DNA from: Lama guanicoe
Lineage: Eukaryota
Length of the DNA stretch: 64,000 bases
NCBI GenBank assembly: GCA_013239625.1
Contig: MU054098.1
Coordinates: 1,613,104 to 1,677,103 of the forward strand
Direction: 5' to 3'
The stretch's first letter is position 1. Each line of letters starts with the position of its first letter. The notes beneath the pieces are model-generated. The model had not been told where the DNA came from. It did no database searches and was given only the letters and a program-made list of their open reading frames with translations. The position numbers and the translations under genes are program-made. Positions 26,851-40,300 of this stretch are shown here, one piece after another.

Positions 26851-27484
26851 AAATGATTATAATCAATAAAAAATGTTAAAAAAAGAACAATTTTAGATTT
26901 ACAGAAAAATTATGAAAACAATACAGATAATTTCTGTATAACCCACACTCAGTTTCCCTTATTATTAGCATCATATGTAAGTATAGTATATTTGTTACAA
27001 TTAATGAACCAATATTGACAGATTTTATTTTAAAAATTCTAAACTTCCTTCAGATTTCCTTAGTTTTTACCTAATATCCTTTTTCTATTTCAGGATCCCA
27101 TCTAGGTTAAGGCATTACATTTAGTCATTATATCTCCTTATGCTCTTTCTAGCTGTAACAGTTTCTTACCCTTTTGTTGTTTTGATGACCTTGAATGTTT
27201 TGAAGAGCATCGGTAAGATATTTGGTAAGAATGTTCTTCGATTAGGCTATATATGATAATTTTCTAACTACTAGTCTGTGATTATGGGAACTGAAGGGAG
27301 AACAAACACAAAAGTGTAATGCCATTTTTATCACATCTTAGCAAGGGTACATATTATCAATATGATTTATCCTGTTAATGTTGACTTTGATCACTTGGCC
27401 GAGGTACTGTTTGTCAGGTTTGTCCACTGTAAAACTACTCTTTCTCTCTTCCCATATTGTATTCTTTGGAAGTCACTTTGTGTA

Positions 27485-28160
27485 GATGGCATTTTTTTTG
27501 TAGAAATAGAAAAAAAAACTAAAATTCATATGGAATCTCAAAGGATCCCAAATATCAAAAACAATCTTGAAAAATAACAACCGATTTGGAGTTCTTATAC
27601 TTCATGGTTTCAAAACATATTACAAGGCTATAGTGATCAAAACAGTTTTCCATGTGACCTAGCACTTCTGGGTATAAATCTGAAGGAATTGCAATCAAGA
27701 TCTCGAATAGTATTTTTTCACACAGCCATGATCATTGCGTCATTATTTTCAATAGCAAGATGTTGAAACAATCTAAATGTCCATCAATGGATGAATGAAT
27801 AAAGGAACTGTGTATATGCACACAATGGAATGTTATTCAGCCTTAAAAAAGAAAAAAAACCCGTCATAGGCTACAACATGGGTGAACCTTGATGACATTA
27901 GGCTAAGTGAAAAAAGACAAACACAAAAGACAAATACTGTATGATACCATTCATGTGAGATATCTAAAGTAATCAAACTCACAGAAACAGCAAGTAGGCT
28001 GGTGAGTGCCAGGGGCTTAGGGGAGGTGAAGATGGGGAGTTGTTCAATGGGTGTCAGTCATGAAAGGAAGAAATGTTCTAGAGATCTGCTGTACAACAAC
28101 ATGCACATGGTTAGCAATACTGTAATATACATTTAAAAATTGTTGGGGGTAAAAAAAAAG
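27485..28160 (+). mobile_element. L1MA/MB-like 3' fragment with internal deletion
   Basis: aaaattcatatggaatctcaaagg...aaatgtccatcaatggatgaatg...gttctagagatctgctgtacaac. Confidence 0.88.
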
Positions 28161-29304
28161 TGTCAGTAATGTTGGAAAGAAAATAAAAACATTTTGATAC
28201 CCACAGGGGAAAAAAGAGAGAGAGAGAAAGGAACAGTGTTGTTAATATTAAGCTTGTAAATCCTTAAGTAAAACTTGGGTTTTTTTCTTAAAAAAATCCA
28301 TAAAGATATTTATCAAATAATTTTATGAGAAATGCTTGGCTTAGTTGCTTCAGAATCCTTTCTAAATCCCTTGTTAAAGTGTTGCAAAGTAACTGATTGT
28401 GGTAAACAAAGCTCAGACCAATTTTCCAACATATGGGCTCCATGTGTGTGTTCCTAAGACAGAAGGCTTTAATTTTCTTGGCGCTTGTTACTGTTTAGCT
28501 GGTTTTTCAGGATAAGTGCCAGAGCTGTGTGGACACTTTGTAGGCTCTGATAAAACATAATTAGATAGTAATAGCTTTACAAAATCCTTCTTGATTACAT
28601 TCACCACAGTGAGCACATTATAGAATTGTTGCACCCTATGATATACGGCTCACTATCTGTTATCAATGAAAGAATTTTCAATCCAGGCACTCTGTAAAAA
28701 TGCACTATATATTAGAGAAGCAATGTGCAAACAAAGTGTCACCAAACTAAAGTATAATATTTACCAGCTAAAACAATGACATAGAGCTATTACAAGAATA
28801 AATTCTCATGTATTCCATGGCTTAAAATGGTGATTGTTTTCTATGTCCTTATATTCTTACAACAGAAAGTCAGGCATGATTACCAAACAACACTGAGAAT
28901 AAAATATTTGATAGTCTCAGTTCTATCCCCAAGTTCAAGGAGAACAGGCTGCTTGGGGGCTGCCTAACAATGTCCTTAAAAGATCATTTCAAGGGTGTGT
29001 TTGGCAAGATAGATGTTTACCCTCTATCCTAATAAACAGCAATGACCACAAAATTTGTTGTCTGAGATTTTAAGGTCAAGAGAGAGAAGATGCTGTGTAC
29101 ATACATTTGGTAAAATTACATGTCTTACAATTACCACTTGGAAAGAATATTGTCCTTCAGATGTACAGACAAAAATGAATTTTGAATCATGTACCTACTG
29201 CAAAACCATAGATGTTTTTCTTTGATATGACAGTTTCTGCAATTTTACTCTAGGTCCTAATTGCCATCTTTCTCAGATACCAAGTTGTTCCTTGATGCCT
29301 TTTA

Positions 29305-29477
29305 TTTTTAAAATCTTTTAAAAATTTTATTTATTTATTATTGTATTATTTAATTATTTTATTTTGGTGGGGGGGAGGTAATTAGGTTTACTTATTTTTG
29401 GAGGAGGTACTGGGGATTGAACCCAAGCCCTCATGCATGCTAAGCATGCACTCTACCACTTGATCTACACCCTCCCC
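29305..29477 (-). mobile_element. tRNA-Ala-derived SINE (camelid Vic-1-like)
   Basis: Minus strand reads ggggagggtgtagatcaagtggtagagtgcatgcttagcatgc...gggttcaatcccc with an A-rich tail; TSD atgcctttta at 29295-29304 and 29481-29490. Confidence 0.9.
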
Positions 29478-32400
29478 ACAATGCCTTTTAGCCACTCCAA
29501 ATTAGTGCTCTATGATTTGACAACATTGTTCAAATATCCTTCCACTACAGTCCTGTAAACCTCTTTATCCCCCTTGACATTGCTTCCCATTCAAAAATTC
29601 CTTCTCTTTCCTCCATCTCTCCCCATTTAAATTCCTATTCCCCTCGGTTTTAGTACCATCTAATAATGAGGAGAAAAACATCCCATTGCTCTAGTTCATC
29701 TAAAAAGTGACCTTTCATGATCTGAGGATGTCAGAAGTATTTGGGAAGTCTTTTGGTGTGACCTGAATTCAAGTCATGCCATATCACAGAGGCCTACCAC
29801 TATGATGAGGCTTGATAGTAAAATTAAAGACTGATTCATAGCATCTATCAATTGAAGTCTCAATAGTTTTTAGCTGCCCCAGTCTCAAACCTCTGTTTTT
29901 CACTGGTCCTCAACTAGGTCTGGAATATCACCAAATTAACAAGACATGAGCAGTTCAACTATGATTTAACCTCTATGATGTGCCATCTTAACTAGTATAA
30001 TAGGTCTACTAACCATGTCTTTTTGCTCTCAGTATTATGCATCTCATCTAGAACACTTTTGATTTCAAAGAACCCAAACATACATCAGTGGATTGTTTAA
30101 GAAACCCCACTCTACTGTTTCAATCATGTTTTGCTTTACACCACATAACCATACTCTAAATAGAGTCAAAAGCCCAAGAGGAGCTAAATCACTTATCTAC
30201 TAATAATACGCATGCTTTTAGTTTGGGAGATTTATAGATAGCCTCCTTTCATTGACAATTTTTGTCTATTCTCTTAAGTACCTCAACCATCACCTATAAA
30301 AACTCAGGATTAGAGTTTTGTTTTGTTTTGTTTTGTTTTAACTAGGAGATAACAGCCTAAGGAACACAGTCCTTTTCTTACTTTTACCTTCTATTCCTTG
30401 GCAATAAGGCATTGATAGCAACGGAGTCTATTTTTACCCCCAAAAGAGAGGTTAAACTGCAAAGTGAGGTAGTTTTTGAAATGCTTGTGTTGTAAAAGAA
30501 GGAATGGATGGATACCTATGTCAACAAAAGTATAGTTTTGATAGTAAGGAAGAAGTTACACAACATGAGAACGAAACAGGCAAGTCTTTTACTGCTTAGC
30601 AGTTAAATTATACATATATGTCCTTAATTCTAGAACACTCTTCAGTACACAAGAGCTTTCTATGATAGCATACTATATTCCAAACTCTATAAGAATAACC
30701 ATGCCTGCCTTGCTCATCACTGTACCTTATGTCCCTTTGGAATAACGTGGTACTTGGCATATAGTAGGTGTTTAATAAATACTTCTTTAATGAGGAAACT
30801 GAAACATGTAATTATTTTCTTGACATGTCCATTTCTCCTTCTAGACTCCTTGTGTCCAAGGAAAATGTCTATATTCTGCAAATCCCTAAAAGTGTCTGGC
30901 ACATGCTTATTTTTTGCCTGATAAGTGAACAAAAGGATTTTAATCACATATACCTTATATTTATTCCAGGGCCAGCTCTAACTGGCTATCCAAAATGTCT
31001 GTCATCCTGAATTCTGTTGTTTTCATCTGTAGCCTTATGTGCTAGAGCTTTACGTGTCTTTGGTCTATAAAGTAACAAATATCTTCAGTCAAAATACATG
31101 GTTTTGTCTCTTCGTTTTTTGACTCATTTTATGAAAAAAAAAAAAAGATTCTGGTTCTCGGAAGGTCCTAATCCCAGGCTTATGTGAATCGATGACTTAT
31201 ACATAAGGGAATACTCTGAATTCACACTCATGCTACTCTACTGTTTTTCAGCTAAACTTGTTCCCAGTTTGCCTCTTTTCTACTTACATGTTTTTTTCTT
31301 TTTTTCCCAAGATGTCTAAGTCACAATTTGCTTTTAATATTTTTCTGGTTGTGCTCTGGCTTCCATCAGATTAGACCTCTGATCCTTGACCTATGGCACT
31401 CCAGAAAATGTGTTTTTACAAAATATCCAAAATATTGTGCAGCAGAAAAGTTGCTCCCTTTAACTTATCATCAGTGTGTACTCAATTCAAATTTTTGCAT
31501 AGCAGAATCAGGAAATAAAATGATTCCAAAGAATTTTAAGACATTTTAGATCAATGGCTCTGAATATGATTTGTAGACTCATTGGCAGTGGTTGAGTAAA
31601 TAAAGGAGTTAGGAAGGGTATACAGTTTTATACAGAGCTTACAAATGCCTAAGAAGACCAAACGTTGTCTGTAAATTGAATATATGACATGACATGACTG
31701 GTTTCTTCATTGTGTTTCCCCGTGTCATGTCTGCCAGGACTTCTCCCAAACCCACTCCTGCTATGATTGCTAACTGATGAAAAGTTGAGATTTATTGAGT
31801 GAAAGGCTCTAGAAGGTTAGGCTGTCCAATAGACTAATTATGCCTAAACATTTTAATCATCCAGGAGAAGAGGTGTGACAGGACTTCCCAGGACAAGCAG
31901 AAGAGAGTTAGGATACCATGTAAAGGCAGATATGTTGTGCTCTTCTTCAAGAGAAATTTTACCCATGGCATTTCTTTTGGCCTGTTTTCCACAACTCAGA
32001 GTTCATGTGGCCCTGCCTCCTCATTTGTTCATCACGTGGATTTGATCTCTAAGCTCTCTGAGGAACATATTTTTGTTCAGTGGTTCCCCACTATGGCCCA
32101 TAGACCCACGCTCCAAGGACTATTAGTAGGCTGAATAAATATGTAAGCCATTTCTATGTATTAACTCTGTGTTCAAAAGTATATGCTTTTGTGGTGAATA
32201 AAATATAAATTTCTTTAAAAAGTTTACGAAGGTCACTCTAGCTATTTATCGTTATATATTTCTTCAACTGACATATACCAAAAATATAATTACTATTATG
32301 AATTTATAAATATTTAAAAGGTATCCCCAAAATGAAAAACACTAGGGAATGTCCATTTTAAATGATTTCTGTAGGCATAACCAAAACATAAAAAACTAAA

Positions 32401-32692
32401 AATTTCCATACTCTGCTAATGTTCTACTTACTAGAATAGTATTTCATACAAGTATACTTCAGTACAAACCATTGAACCATTCTTTGTTATTTCATATAGT
32501 GAGATTTGAGCTCCACATGCAAAGGAACCAAGTGCCCAGGACATACATACATACATATTCTGTAAGCCTAGTTTTACATCATGAATGTTAAAATCCATCA
32601 AAAATCTCTTTGCCAGAATAGTAGAATGTGCCAGCCCAGTGACTGCAAATAAATTTTATTTTGCTTGCTAACTCCAATAAAAAGCCACTTAC

Positions 32693-32778
32693 CAGTAGCA
32701 ATACCATTCTGAAAATGATGCTAAGATACCATCCAAGCTCAGCAGGTGAGGAGTGCCATAATCAATTAGCAATGTATT
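32693..32778 (-). other. Candidate exon (86 nt), speculative
   Basis: ctgtag acceptor and CTG|gtaagt donor; open frame NTLLIDYGTPHLLSLDGILASFSEWYCY; no homologue recognised. Confidence 0.25.
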
Positions 32779-32846
32779 CTACAGTCATGGAAATGGGCAA
32801 TAGTGGAATGCCTGCCACATATATGCCACTGTGGTCCATGTCTTAC

Positions 32847-32952
32847 CTTGTACCTGAATTTCTGCAGTAGTTTCCACGCTGGTATCACTGCTCCAACAAA
32901 TTCATCTTCTAACTTTGCCATCTTCCACATCAGTTGGATGCTATCACACAGC
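32847..32952 (-). other. Candidate exon (106 nt), speculative
   Basis: ttatag acceptor with a weak pyrimidine tract and AAG|gtaaga donor; open frame LCDSIQLMWKMAKLEDEFVGAVIPAWKLLQKFRYK. Confidence 0.28.
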
Positions 32953-33591
32953 CTATAAGATTTCAATCAAATTACTTAACTTAATTTATGATGCCACCAG
33001 AATTTGAGGGCATCTTATGTATCTAATTTCATATTTTCACTCTACTAATTCACATCTTTAACATTTGCCAGCATGCTCATTAGCCTCTCTAATATGCTAT
33101 ACTCATTATTTTCTCCATACATTGGCTTGTGCTGTTCCCCCCACCTTGGAATGTCTCGTCCTTTCTATTTATTCTACTCCAAACTTTTAATTTTAATTAG
33201 ATTCTTTATGTCACAAAAGTGTTGCTTATCCAATTGGTATCAATAAAGCTGTGAGGGGATTTATTGTACAAATATATGCCCACTAAAATTAAAAGTCTAA
33301 CTTAGAAGCCCCCTGTAACTGAGGAAGCTCTAGAATTTGGCTTTCTGTTTATCTCTCGTGGGCTATAATGGTCTTTCCACTTCTCATTTTCTACTTTCAA
33401 CTTCACTCTATGTATTTACTCTTTTTCTCCTTTCTCTACCAAATAGGCTTTTCTACTTCCTCAAAATTTCTGCCCCCTTATATTTTATGCTCCCTTATAT
33501 TTTTGCTTTGGAAATTATCATCATCATGGTTTCTCTTGCTATCCTACATATCAAGACCTCTACTAATAATCATATCAATCTCTCAATATTT

Positions 33592-34466
33592 TTTTCTCTG
33601 TTTAAAATTTTATATTTTTTAAAACATTTCTTATTGAGTTATAGTCATTTTACAATGTATCAAATTCCAGTATAAAGCACAATTTTTCACTTATACATGA
33701 ACATACATATATTCATTGTCACATTTTTTTCACTGTGAGCTACCACAAGATCTTGTATATATTTCCCTGTGCTGTACAGTATAATCTTGTTTATCTATTC
33801 TGCATATGCCTGTCAGTATCTACAAATTTTGAACTCCCAGGCTATCCCTTCCCACCCCCCACCCCCTTGGCAACCACAAGTTTGTGTTCTATGTCTCTGA
33901 GTCTGTTTCTGTTTTATATTTATGTTCTTTTTTTTTTAAGATTCCACATATGAGTGATCTCATATGGTATTTTTCTTTCTCTTTCTGGATTACTTCACTT
34001 AGAATGACATTCTCCAGGAACATCCATGTTGCTGCAAATGGCATTATGTTGTCAGTTTTTATGGCTGAGTAGTATTCCATTGTATAAATAAACCACTTCT
34101 TCTTTATCCAGTCATCTGTTGATGGACATTTAGGCTGGTTCCATGTCTTGGCTATTGTAAATAGTGCTGCTATGAACATTAGGGTGCAGGTGTCTTTTTG
34201 AAGTAGGGTTCCTTCTGGATATATGCCCAGGAGCGGGATTCCTGGGTCATATGGTAAGTCTATCCTAGTCTTTTGAGGAATCTCCACACTGTTTTCCACA
34301 GTGGCTGCACCAAACTGCATTCCCACCAGCAGTGTAGGAGGGTTCCCTTTTCTCCACATCCCCTCCAGCATTTGTCGTTTGTGGACCTTTGAATGATGGC
34401 CATTCTGACTGGTGTGAGGTGATACCTCATTGTAGTTTTGATTTGCATTTCTCTGATAATTAGTGG
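33592..34466 (-). mobile_element. Young 5'-truncated L1 with perfect 19-bp TSD
   Basis: ORFs 33889-34371(-) and 34260-34541(-) match the ORF2 C-terminus; TSD tatcaatctctcaatattt at 33573-33591 and 34467-34485. Confidence 0.97.
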
Positions 34467-36639
34467 TATCAATCTCTCAATATTTCTTAAGTGTAAATTC
34501 AGAGACCAAGAATCTGGTAGACCCTGCTCATCTTTCTGCACCAGCCTACAGTATAGATCACTAAATAGTATACAGATTGATCTTGGCTCAGATAGTCAAC
34601 CATGTGGCTGCGTAGGGTGAGAGACAGAGGTGACATTTAGAATAAAATTTGGTAGCAGGGACTATGGATAGGCTACTTTCTCTTACAGGGTATGAGGCCA
34701 AGCAGATAATTGGTCTGACATATTCAATTTTCCTTCATTTACTATCTAACTCAAGTCCCTCTTCCTCTATGAAGCCATCTACAATAGCTAGAGATGAGAG
34801 GGTAATCTCCCTTCTGGGAATTTCAATACAATTGATAATCAATATATTTATTAGGTTTTATGATATATATTTATAGATTGTTCTTAATTTTTAATCTAAG
34901 TCTAGTCTCATATACCCAATAAGTTTAAATAGACATTAACTGTAAGAACCATGTCATAGGTTTTTGTTTTGTTTTGTTTTGTTTTGTTTTGATTTTGTAA
35001 TTATCCACAATAGCTAACACAATGTTCAGTATTCAGCAAATAGCCAATATGTTTATTGATATTAAAAGGGTGGGATTTAAAATGTGATTATATTTTCAGG
35101 CTAAGGGAAAAAACAAGCATTCTCATCTCAAAACAAATTTCGTAAGTCAAGATATTGAGCAAATGGGTATAATTAAATAATTCTTCCATAGGTAAATTGC
35201 TCATTTATTTCTTCTCCCCTAAGAATTTACAAGAGTCAGTTCAAAGAATCCTGAAAATTCCACTTGAAAAAATTTCCCCTGGGGTTAATTTATGTCAGAT
35301 CATGTAAAATGACTTGTGTTTTCATTTAGACAGCCTATTTCCAAAGCAAGTAACATGATTATTTCAGTGGCATTACAAACTATATAGTTTTTATGTTAGA
35401 AAATCCTTATCTACTACATAGCTTAGTATAGAATCAGTATATTATCTTATAAAAATAGACATTTCTCTGGAGAACCCTGCCTAATACAGAAGGCAAGGTA
35501 AAATCAACAATTACTAGGGTCTATTTTAGGATGAGGAGAAAGCAATTGAGTTTTTCTTCCCAGAATTACATGAGCCTGATATTTGTTTTTGTTTTTTAGC
35601 ACATACCAGTTGCTTACATAATAAAATCACATAATCTGATGAAATGTAATGCTCAAATCAAGGAACTGAAACTTTACTAATATATGTTATACACCCTTAC
35701 ATAATAGAGATGACCATATTTTCTGACTTTTATTAAGCTTGCGTGTGATTCTCTCAGACTTCTCCTGAGTCTTATGCTGGTTTCTCTGTCAACCCCGATG
35801 AAGAAATATGGGGAGAGAGAAAGGACAGCAAAAAGCAGCAGAGTTAGTCTTCATTCATTTGCAATATTATGTAGTGGAAAGGTAACCCTGCTACACTATT
35901 CCCCCGAAGTGTACCTGGGCTTCAAGTAACTTTGATGTTCTTAGGTCCTTCATTTTAGCTTTCCTTACCGACCACATTACTCAGTATCTATAGTAAATTC
36001 AAATTCAAAAACACCCAGATCTTTCATGCCTGCCACTCTTAGCTATGTCATACTCATCCTATACTTGAATAGTTATAACTGAGAAACAAATTGAAGAGCT
36101 TTTCAAAATTTTTAGTTTCAATCAATTGTTCCAGAGTCTCATGACTTCTTGAGATCCTTCACATATTTTATTATCATGTCATTAATACCCCTATCTAAAT
36201 CATTGATAAAAACTGCATGGAATAGAAACAATAATAGAGTCATCTTGAAAGAAACTTCTCTAAGTTAATATCAGCTCTTTAATTAGCTTTCTTTAGATCT
36301 AGCATTCAACCAGTTATAGACCCACTTAAGTTGTATTTTCATCTGATATCCAGGTAGCCCAGCAAATACTCTGAAATATTACATTTACCTTTTTGTCTAT
36401 GGAATTATGTGTATTATATAGAAACTGGCATGATGCCTTATACTAGTCTCTAGTAAGTAATTCCCTTCTCTCAGTCAGTATTTGCCACATTAACACACTA
36501 GTAGAAGAAGGAAACTCTTCACTTTAAACACCCAAGAATAAAAGAGCAACAATACTATCACTTTAAATCTGCAAAAAGCTTTCTATCATTGTTACCATCA
36601 TCATCATCATCTCCATCTGACACACAAATTGATACTTTT

Positions 36640-36760
36640 TTATTATTTCCATTTAATAAATGAGTAAACTGAAGCTCTGAACAGTTAGTTGACTTATCCA
36701 GAGTCACAATGCTAATAAGTGAGAAAATACAAAAACACAACACAGACCATCTGACTTCGT
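36640..36760. mobile_element. MIR fragment
   Basis: aaatgagtaaactgaagctc...gacttatccagagtcaca. Confidence 0.7.
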
Positions 36761-37237
36761 TTTATTTTCATAGTATACTAATCTTCCCACTGGACAAAAA
36801 AATTACAAATGAATAAGAAGATTAAGAGTCTAAAAATGACACATTAAGGACATTAAGCCATTCAAAACTAATCTACCTTTTTGGCAACTTTTACCAAACA
36901 AGGTTTATACGTATCCATTAATCCCAAAAGTTGTCTGAATAAAATTATTGGCTTAACCCTTAATAGAAGGAAAACACATCAGCAGTTATTTCTGCGTATA
37001 TACTGGCATTCTTGTGATGGAAAGAAAAGGTATTTATTTAAAATCTTTAGAAACACCAACCAAGGCAATGACTATCTTAATCTTGCTTCAGAAGTTAATT
37101 TACTAAAATTTGTTTATAGACAAAAGTGAATATTTAGCAAAAAGCCTATATATTTTTAAGGCTTAAGTGTCAACATGTATCTTTAGGGTGTGGGTCTTTA
37201 ATTCACTGATTAACTGAGTTTTCCTTTTTAACACTTC

Positions 37238-37350
37238 TTTTTTGAGGGGGCAGTAATTAGATTTATTTATTTATTTAAATGGAGGTACTGGGGATTGAGC
37301 CCAGGACCCCATCCATGCTAAGCATGTGCTCTACTACTGAGGTATACCTC
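37238..37350 (-). mobile_element. tRNA-derived SINE (Vic-1-like)
   Basis: ggaggtactggggattgagcccaggacc...catgctaagcatgtgctctac; same family as 29305. Confidence 0.88.
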
Positions 37351-40300
37351 TTTTTTTTTTTAAAACATTTCTGACACCAATTTAGAAATGGCCTAGGTAT
37401 CACCTTTCTGATTTCTTTTAGAAACATTTTAATTCTCACTACTGTTATACACTAAATTATATTTGATTTACCAGATTATGGGCCTCAGGATATAATTCAG
37501 GTACCTAGATTACATAATATCAAAATTACAGATAGTTTGAAGAACTCCTAGAAATTAATTCACTTAAAATAATTATTCTTCTATCTGACATAGCATAGAA
37601 ATAACCTTGCTTATATCTAGATACCAGTGTCAAATCATACTAGACTTTATATTTCACCAAATTAGGTGATAGCAAATGTATATGTGTCACATGGATAAGC
37701 TTGCCGATTCTTTGATCAGGCAAGTAGGAGGTCTTGTCACTTTGGGTTCTGCTCGAACTCTGCAGGGAAGATGGATAGTTAAGTATGTTTGAGTATGTTG
37801 AGTTAATCTGAAACGCAAGGTCAAGACAGAGGAAATAACGTCACTTCCATCAAAACCACCTCTACCGGCACCTTCACAGACTTTATTTTCTATGTTGACA
37901 ATTTGCTTCTCTAGTTCTTTTTCCTCCCAGTTTAGGATTCCTGCCTGTCTTAACTTCAGTTTGGGAATCTGCATCTAATATTCTTATTTCCTGCTTACTA
38001 TACCTTGATTTCTAACTTCTCTTCTCAATAAGCTGGTATTTTGGCCAATTTCTGATTATACTTTTTGCTTTGTGGTTTGATCTTGGTGCTCTTTATTCTG
38101 CACTAGATAATGTGATTATGATGACTCTGCCACAGTGAATTGGCATAAAAGCCTTACTGAGTAGCTATTGTTACAGCATGATTTCTTGAAGCTAACTGTT
38201 GGTTATTAAGTGAAAAGAATAATCACCCTAGGTTGTTGAGGAGGAGGGTTGAATCTCTTTACAGTTGAAAATTCTAAACTCATCTTCAACAATGAAGAAA
38301 TGCTGCCTGTTAGCACGCTACTTTATTTACTTAAACACATGTACCGTTGCAATATGAGAGAAAAACATTTGAGTCTGTATGTATTACTTAGTTACATAAT
38401 TGATGAAGTCAGCAACAAATGTCAGGCAAAGATAACAAAAGGAATTGTAGGACATTTTGTATTGAATAGTCTTAAAATGGTTAGAGATTCATCCATTGTT
38501 TTGAATAGGTGTGGACTTTAGTTAGAGTGACTTGATAACATTGTGAATTTCCTTCTAGCTTTCCGATTCTATTGTTCTATTTGCTTTGCCAATGGAAATA
38601 ATCTACTGTATATTAATCAGATTGCCAATGCTGTCAATTTTGGTATGACATAAGCATTATGATTCATTTCTCATTACAAATTGAAGGTGTATAGAAACAC
38701 ACAATCTATGAAAAATCATTCAAGCATATCTTTTAGCTTACAGCTAGGTAAACAACCATTATTTCAAAAAGCAAAATATTTTGTACCCAAGAGATTCACG
38801 CAACAAAGCACACCCAGAGTAAACTTCAGGTTTTTAATGGAAAATCATATGAAGTATTGTCTCTATCTTCCACAAAGATAGAAAAAGTAATATGAGTTTT
38901 TAAAATGCAGTTTCCGAGATAACTATCTGACAAAAGTGTCAAAGACAGCCTCCTCATTATTTTTAACTTAGTCATCTTTTTTGGGGGTCTATTTTCAAAA
39001 ATAAAATGTCTTCTAAGTGAATTGTAACTTTATATGTGTATGTGGCGGAAAAGTTCAAGGGCAAGTGACTGTGTCTTATTCGTCTCTACTTTTATATTAT
39101 ATCAAATGTACGAAAATAAATGTAGTATGTTTGTTGAATAAACAAATGATCATTCAGCTGATAAGAAATAAAAGAAAAATATAATCAAGTCATTGATGAA
39201 CTACCATATCTTCATTGCTGGGATATTCTGGGGTATATCAAAGTATCATTTGATAATGTTACCAGCATGAAGAACTTTTCCTAGTCAGAAGGACACCTTT
39301 GTTCAGATGAGAAGCTACTACTTACCTCTGTTCACCAATATAGTTTCCCTGCATTTATAATTAGTCCTAATTTTCTAAGTGTAATCCTCAATGACCTTTA
39401 ATATATTTCTTTCAGCCTCCACTTGACTCTACTCATTTCCTTTTTTTTAATCGTCCTGCTTTACCTCATTTTAACATAACCATTGTTATACTACAGCTAT
39501 TGAAGCCTATAAAGTTTTGTAGCCACTGAAACCCAGGCAGTTTTGTTGGAATAAGCATTGCCTTGATGTCAGGCTGTGTTTCAGAAATGCATTCCTAGAG
39601 ATTAAAGCCTGTTGCGTTATATTTCAAAGGGGTTTTTCTTAATTAAATCAGTAGGTAGTAGCTGCATCATTGTCTCTCCAAACAGGCTTTTACTTTGTCC
39701 CCCTGAATACTTCATGTGAACCCCAGTTCCTTTTTGGTTCCTGCTTCCAGAGTCTGTATCCCCATGGGAGACACAGCTTTTCTATTTTTCGCTAATACAC
39801 CTGTGTGAACCCTAATACTGACCAGCTGGCCACTTTCTCTATCCTTTGGCCATCTCTTCCAATAATTCCCTACTCCATTTTCTTCTACTGATTCTACTTC
39901 CTCCACAAAGGATGCAGAATGGATAGTTGGGAATGAACTGTGTCAGGAGTTCTATTGTTTTACATGAAAGCAAGGGATTGGTCTTTTCAACTTGAAACTG
40001 ATGTCTGTGATTCCCTCAACCACACTTTCAGTCTCTGTGAGAGTTAAAAATTGTCATATTTCTCAGAAAACCTGCAAAAGGAATGACAAAATAAGGTTAC
40101 TCGGAGATGTGAATGGCTGCTTTTTCAACTCTCTTGCTTTGGAGCTTTTATCTTGAGTCTAAAAGCCATAAAGACAAAGAGAACAGCAACTGTACATAAA
40201 ATGAGACACATAAAAGCCAGGCTGAATTGTAGCTTCTAGTTCCCTGCGACCTTAGTTATGCAACATACACTTAATGTAACTGGGCTTTGTGAGCCAGAAA

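Larger units (their letters stand above)
25128..26882 (+). mobile_element. Young 5'-truncated L1 (ORF2 RT onward), mostly in assembly gaps
   Basis: Uninterrupted ORF2 frame [16 protein letters not shown]...[29 protein letters not shown]...[10 protein letters not shown]...YRFNAIPI; aataaa and A-tail at ~26866-26884; flanking direct repeat. Confidence 0.95.
25065..27480 (-). mobile_element. L1MC-type 3' end interrupted by a young L1
   Basis: ttttagatttacagaaaaatt...tttgttacaattaatgaaccaatattga...caggatccca. Confidence 0.85.

Noticed and set aside
25304..26879. Three ~500-aa ORFs
   Set aside because: Artefacts of translating through N-gaps; only the L1 ORF2 fragments are real.
35462..35488. 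MLT2-like LTR terminus (tttctctggagaaccctgcctaataca)
   Set aside because: Only ~27 bp, too short to call confidently.
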